Positions 36,143-49,900 of a stretch of 64,000 nucleotides of DNA are shown piece after piece (the first letter of the stretch is position 1; each line of letters opens with the position of its first letter). Both the position numbers and the translations under genes were made by a program. A model generated the notes under the pieces. It did no database searches. It saw nothing but the letters and a program-made list of their open reading frames with translations, and was not told the DNA's origin. The DNA is from Antechinus flavipes (lineage: Eukaryota): positions 39,494,001 through 39,558,000 of the forward strand of contig NC_067401.1 in the NCBI RefSeq assembly GCF_016432865.1, read 5' to 3'.

Positions 36143-36544
36143 GAAGAAAAAAGAACAGAGACAGGAAGGCATTGGCACAGGCTGAGAGGCAGCTCCTTAT
36201 CCGGGAATAGTCCCCGGACCCCAGTATGGCTGTAGGCAGTAAGTCCAAACCTGCCCATTTTTCAGCTCATTCTTTAGGCTTAAAACGTAAAAGGTAAAGT
36301 GGCCAGCTTGCTTGGGTTTAGGATTCCTTGGAGCCCAGTTGTTTTTTAGGTAAGAACACCTGGAAGAGTTGGAAAGCAAAATCCAAAATGGATGAATGGG
36401 TTAGGGAAGAGAGTGAGAGACACCGAGACAGAGAGGGAGAATATATAAATTGGGGAGTATATAAAAGCGAAAGTAAATAAATTCAGGAGCTTGAAGGCAG
36501 TCTCTTCCTTTGGTTTGAGGGCCCATTATCCAATCCAGGTAAGG

Positions 36545-39500
36545 TTAGGTTCCTCTGGAGCCATGTAGATCCTTGTCCAGCCTAGATTGCAGGGAGAGAG
36601 AAAGGACAAAGCAGAGCATCATATCCTAACCCTACTGGAACTTGGAGGAGTAGATCTGGTAAATAAATGGCTGAGTCCTTTCTAGTTTTCTCTACTCCTT
36701 GGCTGCTCTCCATAAAATCTATCCTCTCAAAACTATGGTCAGTCTCCCCCACATAGCATGTGCTGGATTTTGGTTTCAAATAGGGCTTTGCTGCTCACTC
36801 TACATGTAATCTTGATTGAGTCTCCCAAATCTCTAGACTTCAGCTTCCTCCTGAACAGAGAGAAGAGAGTACGTGACCTTTGATGTCAATCTGAGATCCC
36901 ACAAACATAGTCCCTCCCATCCTTCCAAGCTCACTTCAAGAAAGCCTTCTCTTCTAATGCTATCCCTCCTCTGGCCGTTCTGTCCTGTCTCCCTGGGATT
37001 TTACCCAGCCTGTACCCAACACACCAGATACAGAGAATTCCCAAGGCATTTTCTTTTGAGTGCTGGGCTCCTGATTAAGTTTTAAGTGTGAAGTTCAGAA
37101 GGTGAGAACTAGGACTTTCGCTTCTTATCTCTCCACGATTCTGCCTGTTTATTCCCCTTCTTTTCCCCATCCTCGAAGTCCCTCTTAGAACTCACTGTCT
37201 GACGGCATCAGGGATGTGGATATGTTCCAAGGAGATGAGCTGGGCCAGCTCTCCTAGACTGTCCAGAAAACGAACTTTTCTGCTAAACTTGGAACTCAGG
37301 AAAGAAGAAAGGTCACATGTATTTAAGATTAGAGAAGGACCTCTCACACATCTTTATAGAAGACAAAGGAGGTCCGCTACCTAGTTGAGACAGGAAAGTG
37401 TGGTTAGAGCCAGAAAGGGTGAGGGGAAAGTGCGGATGCTGAATGTGAGAAAGAGGAAGGGGCAATGGATCTGAGAAGCAAGAAGTTCATATCCCTAGAG
37501 ATAAATACCTGATAAAAGGCCGGAGCATCATCAGAAGTGCCTTCACATACCAGGTAGCATGCACAACCACCAGAGCTCGCAGGTTTTTTCGGAGTCTGAA
37601 GCAAAAAGTGTGGAATCATCACATTCTTAATCTGAGCCCCAAACCCAGAAGGATGTCTCTTCTGGACCTTCCAGATCATCCCCTCTTTAATCAACATTCA
37701 TTTCTAATCCTCCATTAGGAATTTCTCTTTGAGGGCCTAATCTTCATCTTCCCAGCTGCAGCCTGAGGCCCTCACTTCTGTTTTTGTCTTTCATGCCCTT
37801 CTCATACAGAAGAAATTCCTGAAATGCCTCCTGTCCCCAATCCACTCCAACTTGTGTCGCACAGCTTTTCGGTTTGCTATTCTCTGGACTCCTCTCTCTG
37901 TAGCTGCCTACTTTCTTCCTCATTCTTGGGTCTCCTCTGCTTCTTCTAGCATTCTTTTTATTCCCTTGAGTTCTTATTCAAGAACTCCAGTGGCACAGAT
38001 TCAAACAGCGGAAGAAAATATAGAGGGCTGAGAGGAAAGGGAAATAAGTGCCTGAAAGGCAGGGACAGAGAAAATATAAATCAGAGGAGAGGGATATTTG
38101 GGGAAAGGCAGAGAAGGAGAAAAGGGAAGGGAAGAGAGAAGACAGTATGAGGGACATCTTGGGAGGAGAAAGAAATGGGATCAGAGAAGAGTGAGTGGGT
38201 AAGATCTTTCCAAGTTCCTCACCGTCGGTCCAGGGTACGGTAACACTGGCGGATCCAGCTCAGAGTGGGTACCTGATCTCGGCTGGTTCCTCCACTCAGG
38301 TGGACAAGCAGGTAATTCTCAGCAACTAGTAGTTCTAGAGTCCCCACTATGTACCTGGTAGTGAAGGGAGAGGGGCCGTTAGAAAGTAGTGTGAAGCTGA
38401 TTACTGATTAGGTTAAGGTCTTCCTGATTTCTTTTCCTTCCCTCCTTCAGTCCACTCTTCCCAGTTTTTCAGGATTCCCTTCTCACCTAAAGAGGTGCTC
38501 CATGACATAACCGTAGTTAGGGATGCTGCTTCTAGGTAAGTAGCAGGAAGCAAAAAGGATAACAGCATTGAGGCCATCACCATGGTAACCTGGGGAGAAC
38601 AGGATTGGAGGTCGGAAGGAAAAAAGAATTAATGAAGTCTGAAGAATTAATGAAAGCAGACCAAGAGGGAAAGGGGTAGGGGGTTGAGTAAGTTAGAATA
38701 GTAGGGAGAACTGATGATTCTCAGCTTAAATATTATTAATTATAAGGAACCCAGCTCCTATATTTATCCTTTATCATCTGTTACCTCCATGAGACAGGAC
38801 CTTCTTATAGGGTTCAATGATTGTCATATCTACTCGAAGCTCCTGATGTCCTATTCGGAACACCTTCACTCGATGGCCATCTTCCCCAGCCATATCCCAC
38901 ACACAACCCTGGCCCAGTCTTTCAGCTGCTTCACTTGCCCCCAGGCCCTCTGCTTGGGGAAGCTCATCTAAAAGAGACACAGGAATGGTTGTATGAATGC
39001 ATTCCTCATTACTCTTGAGTATAACAGAAGCATAATGACCTGAACAGTTGTTATATTCTTATTCGTCTCCCTATTGCCCCATTTCAATCCATATTCCCCA
39101 ACTCTTTCTGAATATATCTAGGATTGAACCCATAGTGAGGACAATTGATGGCTTTGCTACATTTAGGGAGCAAATGAAAAGTCATTTCCAGCTCAGTTGC
39201 CTAATTTTAATGTGTCCATTAACTACTATTATGGCCCCTTTAATATAAAGGTCTTTCATATATTTATGTATGTATATGTGTGTGCATATTGTACAAATAA
39301 GTGCAATACATTTAAATTATAAAAATGAGTGTGCGCGCACACACACACACACACTTTCCTGGTTATGGCTCTGTTGGCTTTACCCAATATTAGCCCCATT
39401 CCCATTTTTATCCATATTTGGTCCATTTCATAAGGATCAAAATATTTAGTGTTAGAGACCTTAAAAATCATCTAGTTTGGTCTCCTAATTTTCCTTTGAG

Positions 39501-41348
39501 ACCCAGTGAGAAGACCTCAATCTTCTGACTTCATATATGGTACAATTTTTAATGAACAATGCTTCCTCTCTCTGTCAAGGAGTCTGCCAGACTAGCTCCT
39601 GATTGACTAGTCTTTTAATTCACAGAATTCAAAAAAGGGTTCAAGGAACCCTAGAGACCATCTAGTCCAGCCTCTTCTTGAAGACCACAATGAGGGGAAC
39701 CAATTACTTCACTCACCTGCCCATTTCAGTTGGCCAATTCATTCCTTAGTCTCATTTAATCTTAGGCCAATTCTGTTAACTTCCAGTGATTATTTCTCAG
39801 CTCTACCAGCTATGTCCCAATTTATTAGCCCCGTTTTTCTCTCCCACTCCATTCCCCCAGTTCTGTCATTCTAGTTTAGTTCTTAAAGTACCTACCTTCC
39901 CACTCAAATTCGTGCCCGCTGGAGTCTGAGGGTGTCTCCAAATCATCCACATCTAGGTCAGAACTATCATGTGGTGAAGAAGGTGTGGAGTGGCTGGGAG
40001 AGACTTCTTTATCTCCCGAGTCCTTCCCCAAGCTCAGTTGGAGTTCTGGGGCTGAAAGGCGCTTCCGCATATGACGCCTACCACATAGTGCTAATGTGCT
40101 TGAGGGACCTGGGGTGACAGGGAGAAAAAAACTGAAGAGAGGGAAAAGGTGATTAAACAGTCTGGAAAAAAAAAGGGGAAGGGAGGAGGGTAGAACTGAC
40201 AGGAGAGACACAAGAGAAGGACAAGGGAGGCACTCCCTTCCCACAGTTCTAATCAAGGTTTTTCTGACCTCACTCACCTATCTGGGTGCCCTCTCCATTG
40301 TCCTCTGGATCTTCAGAGGAATTGATCTCCTCGGGGAGCAGTCTGGGATGTGAGGAATTAATTAGATGAAGGGTGCAGGAAGAAATGGTTGTCCTACCAG
40401 CCATGCTCTTCCCATCTTGACTTTGTCCTTTCCATCTCCCCACTTATGCTCCCATACATTCTAACTCCACTTTCTTTCCCTGTTCTCTCACCCGGGGAAC
40501 TCTTCATCTTGCCACTCTTCTTCCAATTCCACTTCCCCAAATCTCAGCGATGGTCCCAGCTCTTCCACTTTCTCTCCAGCCCTGAGACCATTGCCAAGGT
40601 ACAAAGGAATTGAGAGATGATTAGTGGGGCAGCATTACTCTTGGGAGTAGGAGGAAGCAGCAAAAGGCACAAATGTCAGACCTATAAGAGAATCCAGCCA
40701 GAAGCTGTCCCCACCCTCTAGGTGAACCAGTTTATCCCTACTCTTTGCTTTTAGCAACAGAAGTAGGAAGGAGTATAACTTAATGTACTTTACACCTCTC
40801 CAAGTCAGTTTTCCCTCCCACCTTCCCTACAAAGTTAGGGTGAGAGGTGGCCCACATTGCAAGTGGCCTGAATCCAGGACAACTATACCCAGCTGTTACC
40901 TTAAATTTGAGGGAAGATGACAGTCAGGCCTGCCTTTTCCCAACCTTTTGGGGGAAATTGAGGCATAGGGCAACATGGACTAGGAACAGAAAAACCATCA
41001 AGAAGGTGCTGGTCTGGTGTCCTTGTTTTGGAGAGTGAATCAGAATTGAAAGCATGGATAGTCATCACGTTCTCCCATTTTGCGGAAGTTCTTCTGGGGT
41101 CCTTTCTATCCATCTCTCTCTTACGTTTTTCTATTTAAAACTATCCCTGTTGTCAGCCAAAAAGAATGACTTTGTCCTATCTCCTATATGTAACTATCCT
41201 GAGCTTTAGCTTATGAGTCAAATTAATGGAATTTAAAGAGACGTCCCCTCCAGACCAATGACACCAGGTTTTCAAGAGGCAGCCAGGTGAGGGGGGGAGG
41301 GAGGCCCAGCACTTACCCCAGATCTCTTGGTTCCTCTAACGTTCCCAT
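36545..41348 (-). CDS. BNIPL: BCL2-interacting protein-like (BNIP-2-like, BCH/CRAL-TRIO domain), 346 aa
   Basis: Ten coding exons: 41317-41348, 40492-40581, 40278-40342, 39896-40108, 38785-38967, 38487-38589, 38223-38354, 37509-37595, 37196-37294, 36545-36581. Total 1041 nt, in frame. Motifs [65 protein letters not shown], ending [11 protein letters not shown]. Confidence 0.96.
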
Positions 41349-42407
41349 CGTCACACCTAAGATGAGGAATGGGAGAAGTTCCCCATCCCCTATTACTTCT
41401 TCCCTCTGTGCTGCTGTCTCAGTGACTCCAATGGAGGAGGCAGAGGGAAGTAAACTCATCTTCAAACAGGTTTTGCCACCTCCCCTCCCAGAAAGGCTTG
41501 CCCAAAGAAAATCCTCCTCCTATGCAGGGGTGTGGGGAGCGGGTGGGCGGGAAGAAGGTGCTGATTCCCAGATTGGATTTCCAAGGTATAGGTAGTTTGG
41601 GGCAAAGAGAGAGAGAATCTATGCATGTGAACAACTGGCCTTCCTTTCTCTCCTAGCCCCTTGGCCCTCTGGAGATGCTCAAGAGAAAGCAAGTATCTCT
41701 TTATGTCCCTCTCCTCAGTCCCACAATTGATTTGATTCTTGGCAACCTTCCTAGGTTGAGCAAGGCCAGGTAGAGTAGAGAAGGGTGTAGGCCTTTATTA
41801 ACAGAGAAAAAAGGCTCTTGAAGATGGCACTGTTTATTTTAGGGATAGAGAGCTGGAGATGGGTAGGGATGAAGGCACTGACCATCCACGTTGCAGATGG
41901 AGGGGAAAAAATGAGGGTCACAGGAGGAAGGCAAAAGGAGAGAAATGCAAGTTTTTTTTTTTTTTTTTAAAGACAAAATGACACAGGACAGGAAAAATGC
42001 ATTTAATACTTTAACAAAGTGCAAAATAAAACTTCCCACAATTACAAAACACAAATTCCTTTGGTTCAGTGATTATGCCTTGCTTTTTATCTTTCATGTG
42101 ATTGCAGATATCCTTCAAATTAACAACCTCCTTACACACACACACACACACACTCATTCTCTCTGAGCCACAGTGTCATGCCAAAGGGTGGGAGGTACCT
42201 AAATACTCAGTTAATGGCAGCACCTTCTCTGGTTGTCTGGGAACATGGAGAAGTAGAAGGGAAGCAGGCCTGGTGAAGGGGTACAAGAGGGCACTAAAGG
42301 GGAAGAACACAGGGCTGAATCAATCACATGCGAGTCAGTGGCAGGATGCTCCTAGTTAGATTACTAAGATATGGTATGATTCATATACTTGTATATGCTA
42401 CATGAGG

Positions 42408-42558
42408 NNNNNNNNNNNNNNNNNNNNNNNNNNNNNNNNNNNNNNNNNNNNNNNNNNNNNNNNNNNNNNNNNNNNNNNNNNNNNNNNNNNNNNNNNNNNN
42501 NNNNNNNNNNNNNNNNNNNNNNNNNNNNNNNNNNNNNNNNNNNNNNNNNNNNNNNNNN
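42408..42558. other. Assembly gap (151 N) between BNIPL and the PRUNE1 3' end
   Basis: Run of N. Confidence 1.
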
Positions 42559-43917
42559 TCCAGCAAAACAGGACCTTGCTGGGCTGAGTTGGAGAATGGG
42601 AAAATGTTCCCACTTCCCATTCTCAAGTGAAAATTGATGGAGAAAAGACAGAAAAATAAAGGGACAGATAAAAGATAAAAAGTTGGAGGAAATCTTAGGG
42701 ATCATTCAATGAATGTTATTTCATTTTACATAGGAAGAAACAGACATTCAATAAGGTTGACTGATACCCACAGTCAAGACCTGGGTTTTCTTTTTTTCTA
42801 ACTTTTTGTTACAAGGGATGGTTCACTGGGTAGAAAAGTGAGGTGGGATATATTCATTAATGTAAAAACAAATTCAGATGTAAATACAAAGGGCATCCAT
42901 AAAAATAAAACCCAAAGTCAGTAGAAATCAAACCTCCTGACTTTATGTCCAATTCTTCCACAACATCAACTGTTCTTATAAATGAAGAGGGAAGAATACT
43001 GACAAAGAAACATAAAAGAAAATGATGGCAAAGGAAGAAAGAGAGAAACAAGAGACAGATGAGAGATAGACACACAAAGAGATGAACCACTGCTTCAGTT
43101 TTACTGTTGAGAAAAAAGTGTCTTTTAAAGGTGACAATAATTCACTGATTACCTCTCAAAGGTGTGAACAGATGCTAATCTTTAAGAACCCCTGGCACTC
43201 TGGAAAAGGGGATCAGAAGAACCCTAAAGCCTGGTAACCTGCTCAGTAAAGTGTCACTAATTATGTAACCTCGAGTACAATGCTCTGCAATGCCAGAGAA
43301 AGTCCACAGCCAATTTTATGGAACCAGTTAAAAGGAAATTTAACTTCTGAGTTAAATACTATCATCTCAATCGCGGCAGAAAGAAAAATCATGCTCCTAG
43401 GTATCATAACTAGACTGAAAATTCAGTTTCCAAAGCCCCACTGTTCTACCTAGCATGAAATTACACAAATACTTCCTGAACAAATAGATTTGTCCCTCAG
43501 TTACATGTGAATTACTCTGCCTTAGTTCAGATAGGGGTTGAGAGCATTGCTGGAGTTCACCTGATACCATTTATTTCTTCTTCCTCTTAATATCTATCTT
43601 TTCACAGGTCTCTGTCTGAGATGCTATATCCCTGGGTTGTAAAAGAGTGAGGTCAGTGCAGATTTCCCAGAATTAATCAATAAAGAACATTGTTGATTGG
43701 TGGCAAATTGATGGGGAAGGTAGAAAACCATCCCTACAGCCATTAGATCTCCTTTCACTTCCATCTCCTTACGCATCTATGTGAATAGTGTACCTGGGTC
43801 CTGGAGCAATGAAGAGAATCACAGAAATTCCCTATACATTCCAAATCATGCATTCAAGCTAGGCTGGGTACCTTCTCCCATTATGTTCTGCAACTTCCCC
43901 CATTCCCACCCCCTAGG

Positions 43918-46900
43918 TCACTTCTTCTTCTGGGGAGGACTGATAGAAGAACGTGCCATTGTGATCTGGCTACATTTCTCAAAGATAGCTTCAGCAGAGA
44001 GTTTAGGTAATCCCCGATCCAGAGGGCACTCATCTACTAGGCTGTTCATGGGTGTGGGGGGCAGCACAGGTTCCTCTTCATCTCGACTCATTTCAGGAAT
44101 CAGGGTATTAATGGCTTTGTCCAGTTCATCATCCATCTGCTCCTGGGCTTCTGGCCCAGGCGTCCCTGAAGGTGTCTTCATGGCACTAGGATATGCCCAT
44201 AGGGCATCTCTGAGGATGGGGAGAACTTTTTTCCTGGAAGCAAGAACATTTCCCTGGAAATAGGCCCTGAGATTAGGGTTGGGAGTTGGGGCTGGAGTCA
44301 GATTCAGAGGTGGACAGTGTGAACATTCCAAGGCTCCACAGATCTAGGGAAAAGGAGATAATGAAAGTAAATAAAGCTGAGTTTGTAAAATAGCCTCATC
44401 CTATAGACAAAATCTCGTGCTTGCGATTTTATGCCTCTTTCTAGATATGGAGAAAGAAGCAATTACCTGGAAAATAAACAAAAGACATCGTAGAGCTGGA
44501 ATGAATAAAATGCAAGGGAAAGAGGATACAGTAGAACAGACTGAGAAGAATGAAAACCAGACTCCCAAGAGAGCAGGATGAGATACATGGTTTAGCACAA
44601 TCTGGGAAGGGAGATAGAACAGCCTTGGACTCAATAATAGTAAGAGGAATGAAGGGAATTGGGGAATGCTTCCCCTAATACTCTGCCTTCAGAGACTGAA
44701 GCAAATCATCCAGCCTGGGCAGCTGGGAATAGGGGAAAGGGAGAGGGAGAGAGGGAAAAAGAGAGAGAGAAGAGGGAGCGAGAGAAAGAGAGAGGGAGAA
44801 AAGGAGGAAGAGAGAGGGAGAGAAAAACCAACCAAAAAAAGTATGGATATACCTTATTTAAGTGAATAAAACTATTTGGTTATGATTAGATCAGTCTTTA
44901 GCATCTCATATGGCTATAAGACTCCCTTTGCCTTCTGTATACTTAAAAATTTTCCGACTTGATCAATAACCATCAAGAAATGAGAAAAGGGCCAGATGAA
45001 GCCAGGTGGTTAATAAGATGATGAAAGGTGCCAAGTCAACCCTCTTAAAACCCTTTCTGTAAGAATCTTATCCTATGTTTCATAATCTAAATCATTCTTT
45101 CATGGTGAGGAAAATTCACCTGAATTTTACAGGGGATAGTATAGAATCAGATATAGAAGGAAGCAAGTGAGATCTGAATGGGGAGATACTTTGGGGGATA
45201 CAGTTAAGGGATGAGTGGCTAAGTAAAGAGTAGAACCCAGACCTGATTATAAATTTAGAATAGCTCTATTCAAATAGATTTAAAGTTTCCCAAAGGAAGA
45301 GACTCTAATTCACATTTCTATTGTAACCTTTCCTGCCATCAATAGCCAGGAGAAGAGTATAAATTCTGTAACATTCCAAACAAAAAAATCAGGATCTAAT
45401 TCAAGGGGGCTTTCTGTACACAGGACCAACTCAGGGTAGAGAAGGGCTGCCAAAAGAGCTCCAAATTCTATGTTAGACAAAAGTTAGATTGAAAGGCTAC
45501 AGACTCACAGTACTCTGCAGGTCCATGCTAGGACAGAAAACAACCAGATGCCTCACTGGCTCATTATGAGGGTTGAAAGTGATCGTCATCGCAACAAGGG
45601 CATCATAGCCATGAGCTCGGCAGAAGGCATCCAGCTCTGCTGTAAGGTTGGATCTCTGAAGGAAGACCTGGGAAAGAAAAAAAAAGGGAGGGAGATGTAA
45701 GAACTACACAAAGGCACTCACCAATAACAAGCTCCTATTTTCATGTAGTAGGCTAATCTACAAAGAAAATTACCTAATGTGTACAAATATTTATTGAGTA
45801 GGTACTATGTATCCTATTATGCATATTAAGCTATGAATAGTACAATTGGGGATACAAAGAAATTTGTCTGCAAGAAGCTTTTAAAATCTTAAAGTCAGTT
45901 TCTTATCCTCTAGATGCTTATATGCAAATAGAGAAATAATAATGCACACAAAGAATAGACATGAGAAATGTTCTTTGCAAATACATGTTCACTTTTTCAA
46001 AAGTTTTTAAATGAAAATTTAAGTCTTACTACACAAATGAACAAATAAAAACACAAATAAAGCCACAACCTCTGAATATTTAAAATACAATAGCTGATAA
46101 TGTAATATATTTCTCTATCTGATCTTTTGTGTATATGTATACTTAAAATTTTGTTACTGTTATGTTTTTTTACATATTTGTAATCAATATGTACTTTGTT
46201 CTTATAATTCTTTATGCCAATTCATGTCTTCATATTTCTTGGTATTCGTCTATCAATTCTTAACAATATTTTTAATAATATAATACATTGATTGTATCTA
46301 GGATATACTGCAACATATTTAACATATATAGGACTGCTTGCCATCTTGGGGGGGGGGAGGAGGGAGGGAAGGGAAAAAACGAAACATAAGTGATTGCAAG
46401 GGATAATGTCGTGTAAAAATTATCCTGGCATGGATTCTGTCAATACAAAGTTATTATTAAATAAAATAAAATTTAAAAAAATAATAATAATAATATAATA
46501 CATTGAAATATCACAATTTTATTGTTCAATCATTTCCCTGTGTTTTTTTTCTCAATGACATAAAACAAATGTGGAGGAATTACCCCCAAAGAAGCTGCTC
46601 ATATACTTGATAGACTTTTAAATACCCTACCTAACACTAGGAAGACCCAACAGTTCTATGAACAGAAGAACACCAGAAGAAGAAACCTGATGGAGTCATA
46701 AATTTTCAAATTCTCAGTCTGGGTAACTGTAAATTCTCTACTGATGAGGTTTTGCCAAAGAAGGGTACATTACTCCAACTTAATTCCTATTATGCTATCT
46801 CTCCAATCCTGGTGAACAAGTTGCATACAGGTTTCTCCCAAACCTTAGCCCATATCCTAATTAGTAACCCCTTTCCACAGTTCTACTTGAACTTGGTTCA

Positions 46901-49900
46901 CCTACAAACCACTTGGAATCCTTTGGCCCCCTATCTGTCCTCCATTCTTGAAGAGGACCAAAATGACATTTTGTGTGTGTAATATAGTGTGTAGACTGTG
47001 GCTGATCAGAACAATATGAACTTGGAATGCTCTGCTAGAGATTGGACACAAATAATCCCTGTGACCATTTGGATGGACTCTCAGTGAATTTTGCATTTTC
47101 TTTGCCCTAATTCAATTCTGCTTTGCTCATAGAACATCTCTGATGAGAGCATAACATGCTGGCAGTCCTGAGCCGGTGTCTCCCATATCTGAAATCAATT
47201 CTAAAATTCTTAAGAGAGACTTTGAAGATGTTCTTGTATCATTTTTTTTTTCTGACCATCTTGTTAGCACTTACCCCATGTGAGGTCTCCACAAAATAGG
47301 TTTTTCTGATAAGTACATTTAGCATTCAAATAGTGTGGCCAACCCAACAGAGTTGCATTCTCTGCAATAGTGTGAAAGCTTTGAAGATTAGTTCAAGAAG
47401 GACCTTGGTGTCTAGTATCTTCAGAATTTTCCTAAGATAATTCAAATGGAAGCAATTTGGTTTCATGATATGGTACTATATTATCCAAGTTTCATAGGCA
47501 TACAACAGTTAGGTCAGTATAGCAGCTTCTCGATCTCCAGTTTGGTAGTCAGTCTTAATACCTCTTTTCTCCCACATTTTCCTTTGGAGTCTCCCAAACA
47601 CTGAGTTAGCTCTGGTAATGCACGTATCAATCTCATTATCAATGTGTTAATCCCTGGAAAGTAGACTGCCAAGGTAAGTGAACTTATCTACAGCATTCAA
47701 AACTTCTCCATTTGCTGTTACTGATAGTTCCACATATGGATGATTATGTCAAAATTTGTTTGCTCAGAGAAGTTCATTAATATGCTACGTCAATTTAAAG
47801 ATGGTATTTTTGCCCTGGTTCTGGACAATACTCCAGAGCTTTCCCAGTCACCAAGGAGGTGAAACAAGGCTGTGTGCTTGCCTCATGCTTTTTAGAGCAT
47901 GTTTTCTGCCATGTTTTTAAATGCCTGCAATGAAAACAAACATGGCTACTGCCTAACAGTAAATTCTTTAGCTTGGAAAAGTGGAAGCCAAAACTAAAGT
48001 GGGGGGAGTGTTGGTGTGTGATTTTTTTTCTTTTTTGACCAATGACTACATTCAGTGCAGCCTACAAAGCTGAGATACAACAAAGTACGGTTAGATTCTC
48101 TGTTGCTTGTACTAATTTTGGCCTAACAATTAACTCTATTATTAATAAACATCATCACTCAACTCGGGTCTCTCCTGAAGACATTACAAGCCTTATTATC
48201 CTTTTCCCTAGTGATCATTCTTTCCTTTACTCATCCAAATTACAAGGCTAGGAAGCAGCTTTGTGTTTCACATAACCAGCTCTAGATCGTTATTCTTACA
48301 CATCCTTCAATGGCCTTTCTTCTTTGGGGGTCAGTGAAAGTAGCCGCTACCACTTAGGCCTGAGCTCACTGTCTGGATCTCTTCACACATGCTACCTTAG
48401 CCTCATGCATCAGTACTTTTTTGCTCCTCTTCTCATGTTCTTTCTCCAATTAGAATATCAACTTATTTAGGAAAGAACTGTCATATTTGCTTGTTTTTTA
48501 TATTCGTGGGACTTAGCAGATTGCCTGGTATGTAATAAGCACATAAAAAATAAATGGTCTCTATGTATCTAGCCATCTCTCTCTCCCTCCATCCATCTTT
48601 TAAGACCACCTGGTCATTCTTCCAGATCTTTCCAATTACTTTTGTATTTTGTGCCTCCTCTTCCCTACTATTATCCAATATTCCTGATGACAAATTCTCT
48701 TATAGCTCTATGACATAATTGCTTGATACCAATAATCTCTATGCTGCTTCTACTACACAAAAACATGGTTTTATCATCTTAAAAAAAAATTACAATCTTG
48801 AAATTCTTTCCTTCAAGCAAAATCTCACTTGTTAGCATGTTCTTACTCCTCAATTTTCTTTTTCTACCCTTATTTGTGTACATGCTCCATCAAATAATCA
48901 GCTCTTTAAGGGTCATAATGATTTCATTTTTTCTTTCTATCTGCCATATTTAGCATATAGTAGGCTCGTAAATATCTGTAAGATTGACATGAACCTCCTA
49001 TCTTTCTGCCTCAAGGAACCACCAGAAGGTCAATTAAGAAGGAACTCAGACTGAGTGAAAGACAGTAATAATGTAAAAGAATTATGGAAAGGCTAGCAGG
49101 AAGCCAGATTTAGGTTTTAAAAGCCAGGTTAAGGAATTTATATTCCAGAAACCAAAGATAATCACTGAAGATTTCTGAATAGAGAAGTCAAACCCACATG
49201 AAGAAATTGGAGTAGGGACTAAACAGGGAATTTCATCTTGATCTGATTTCTGTTTTCTCTGGGACCTGCTCACTCTCATGAATTTTCAACTTTATTCTCA
49301 CAATTGGTATCTTCCCACCTACCCACAAACACTTTCAGATCTCTTCAATCCAAAAAAAGTATACTTCTAAACCATTTAGCTCTTTTCACATTTTCCTTCT
49401 CTCCTTCATTGATAAACCTCTTAAAATGTGAATATTTTTAAGGGTCTAAAACTTCCTCTTTTATGTGCTTTTCTTGTGCATCACCTTCTAATTTCAATAA
49501 TTCTTACAGCTTCAAGTACCACTATCATACATATGGTAGTGCACAAAACTCTTGACCTTCACCTCCCTTCTGAGTAATCTGCCAATCAGACACTTCCATC
49601 TGGGGCTGGAGTGCACTTATACCTCAAACTTAACGTGTCCAAACCAAGTTCTACATTTCATCACTACATAATGTATGTCATTGACACCACAATTCACTTT
49701 AGTCTTCCATGTTCATAGTCTCAGGATTATCTTTTTGATTTTTCCCCTTTCCCACACCTTCATTTGGTTACCCAAACTTCTTAATTCCATCCCTACAACA
49801 TCTCTTGAACTCTATTTTCACTGCTATCATTTAACTGGCTTACTATATTTCTTTTCCTTAATATATTAAGGCATATTTTCTTTAATTTTCCACATTTTTC

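Noticed and set aside
42364-42705. ORFs spanning the N run
   Set aside because: Artefacts of the assembly gap.
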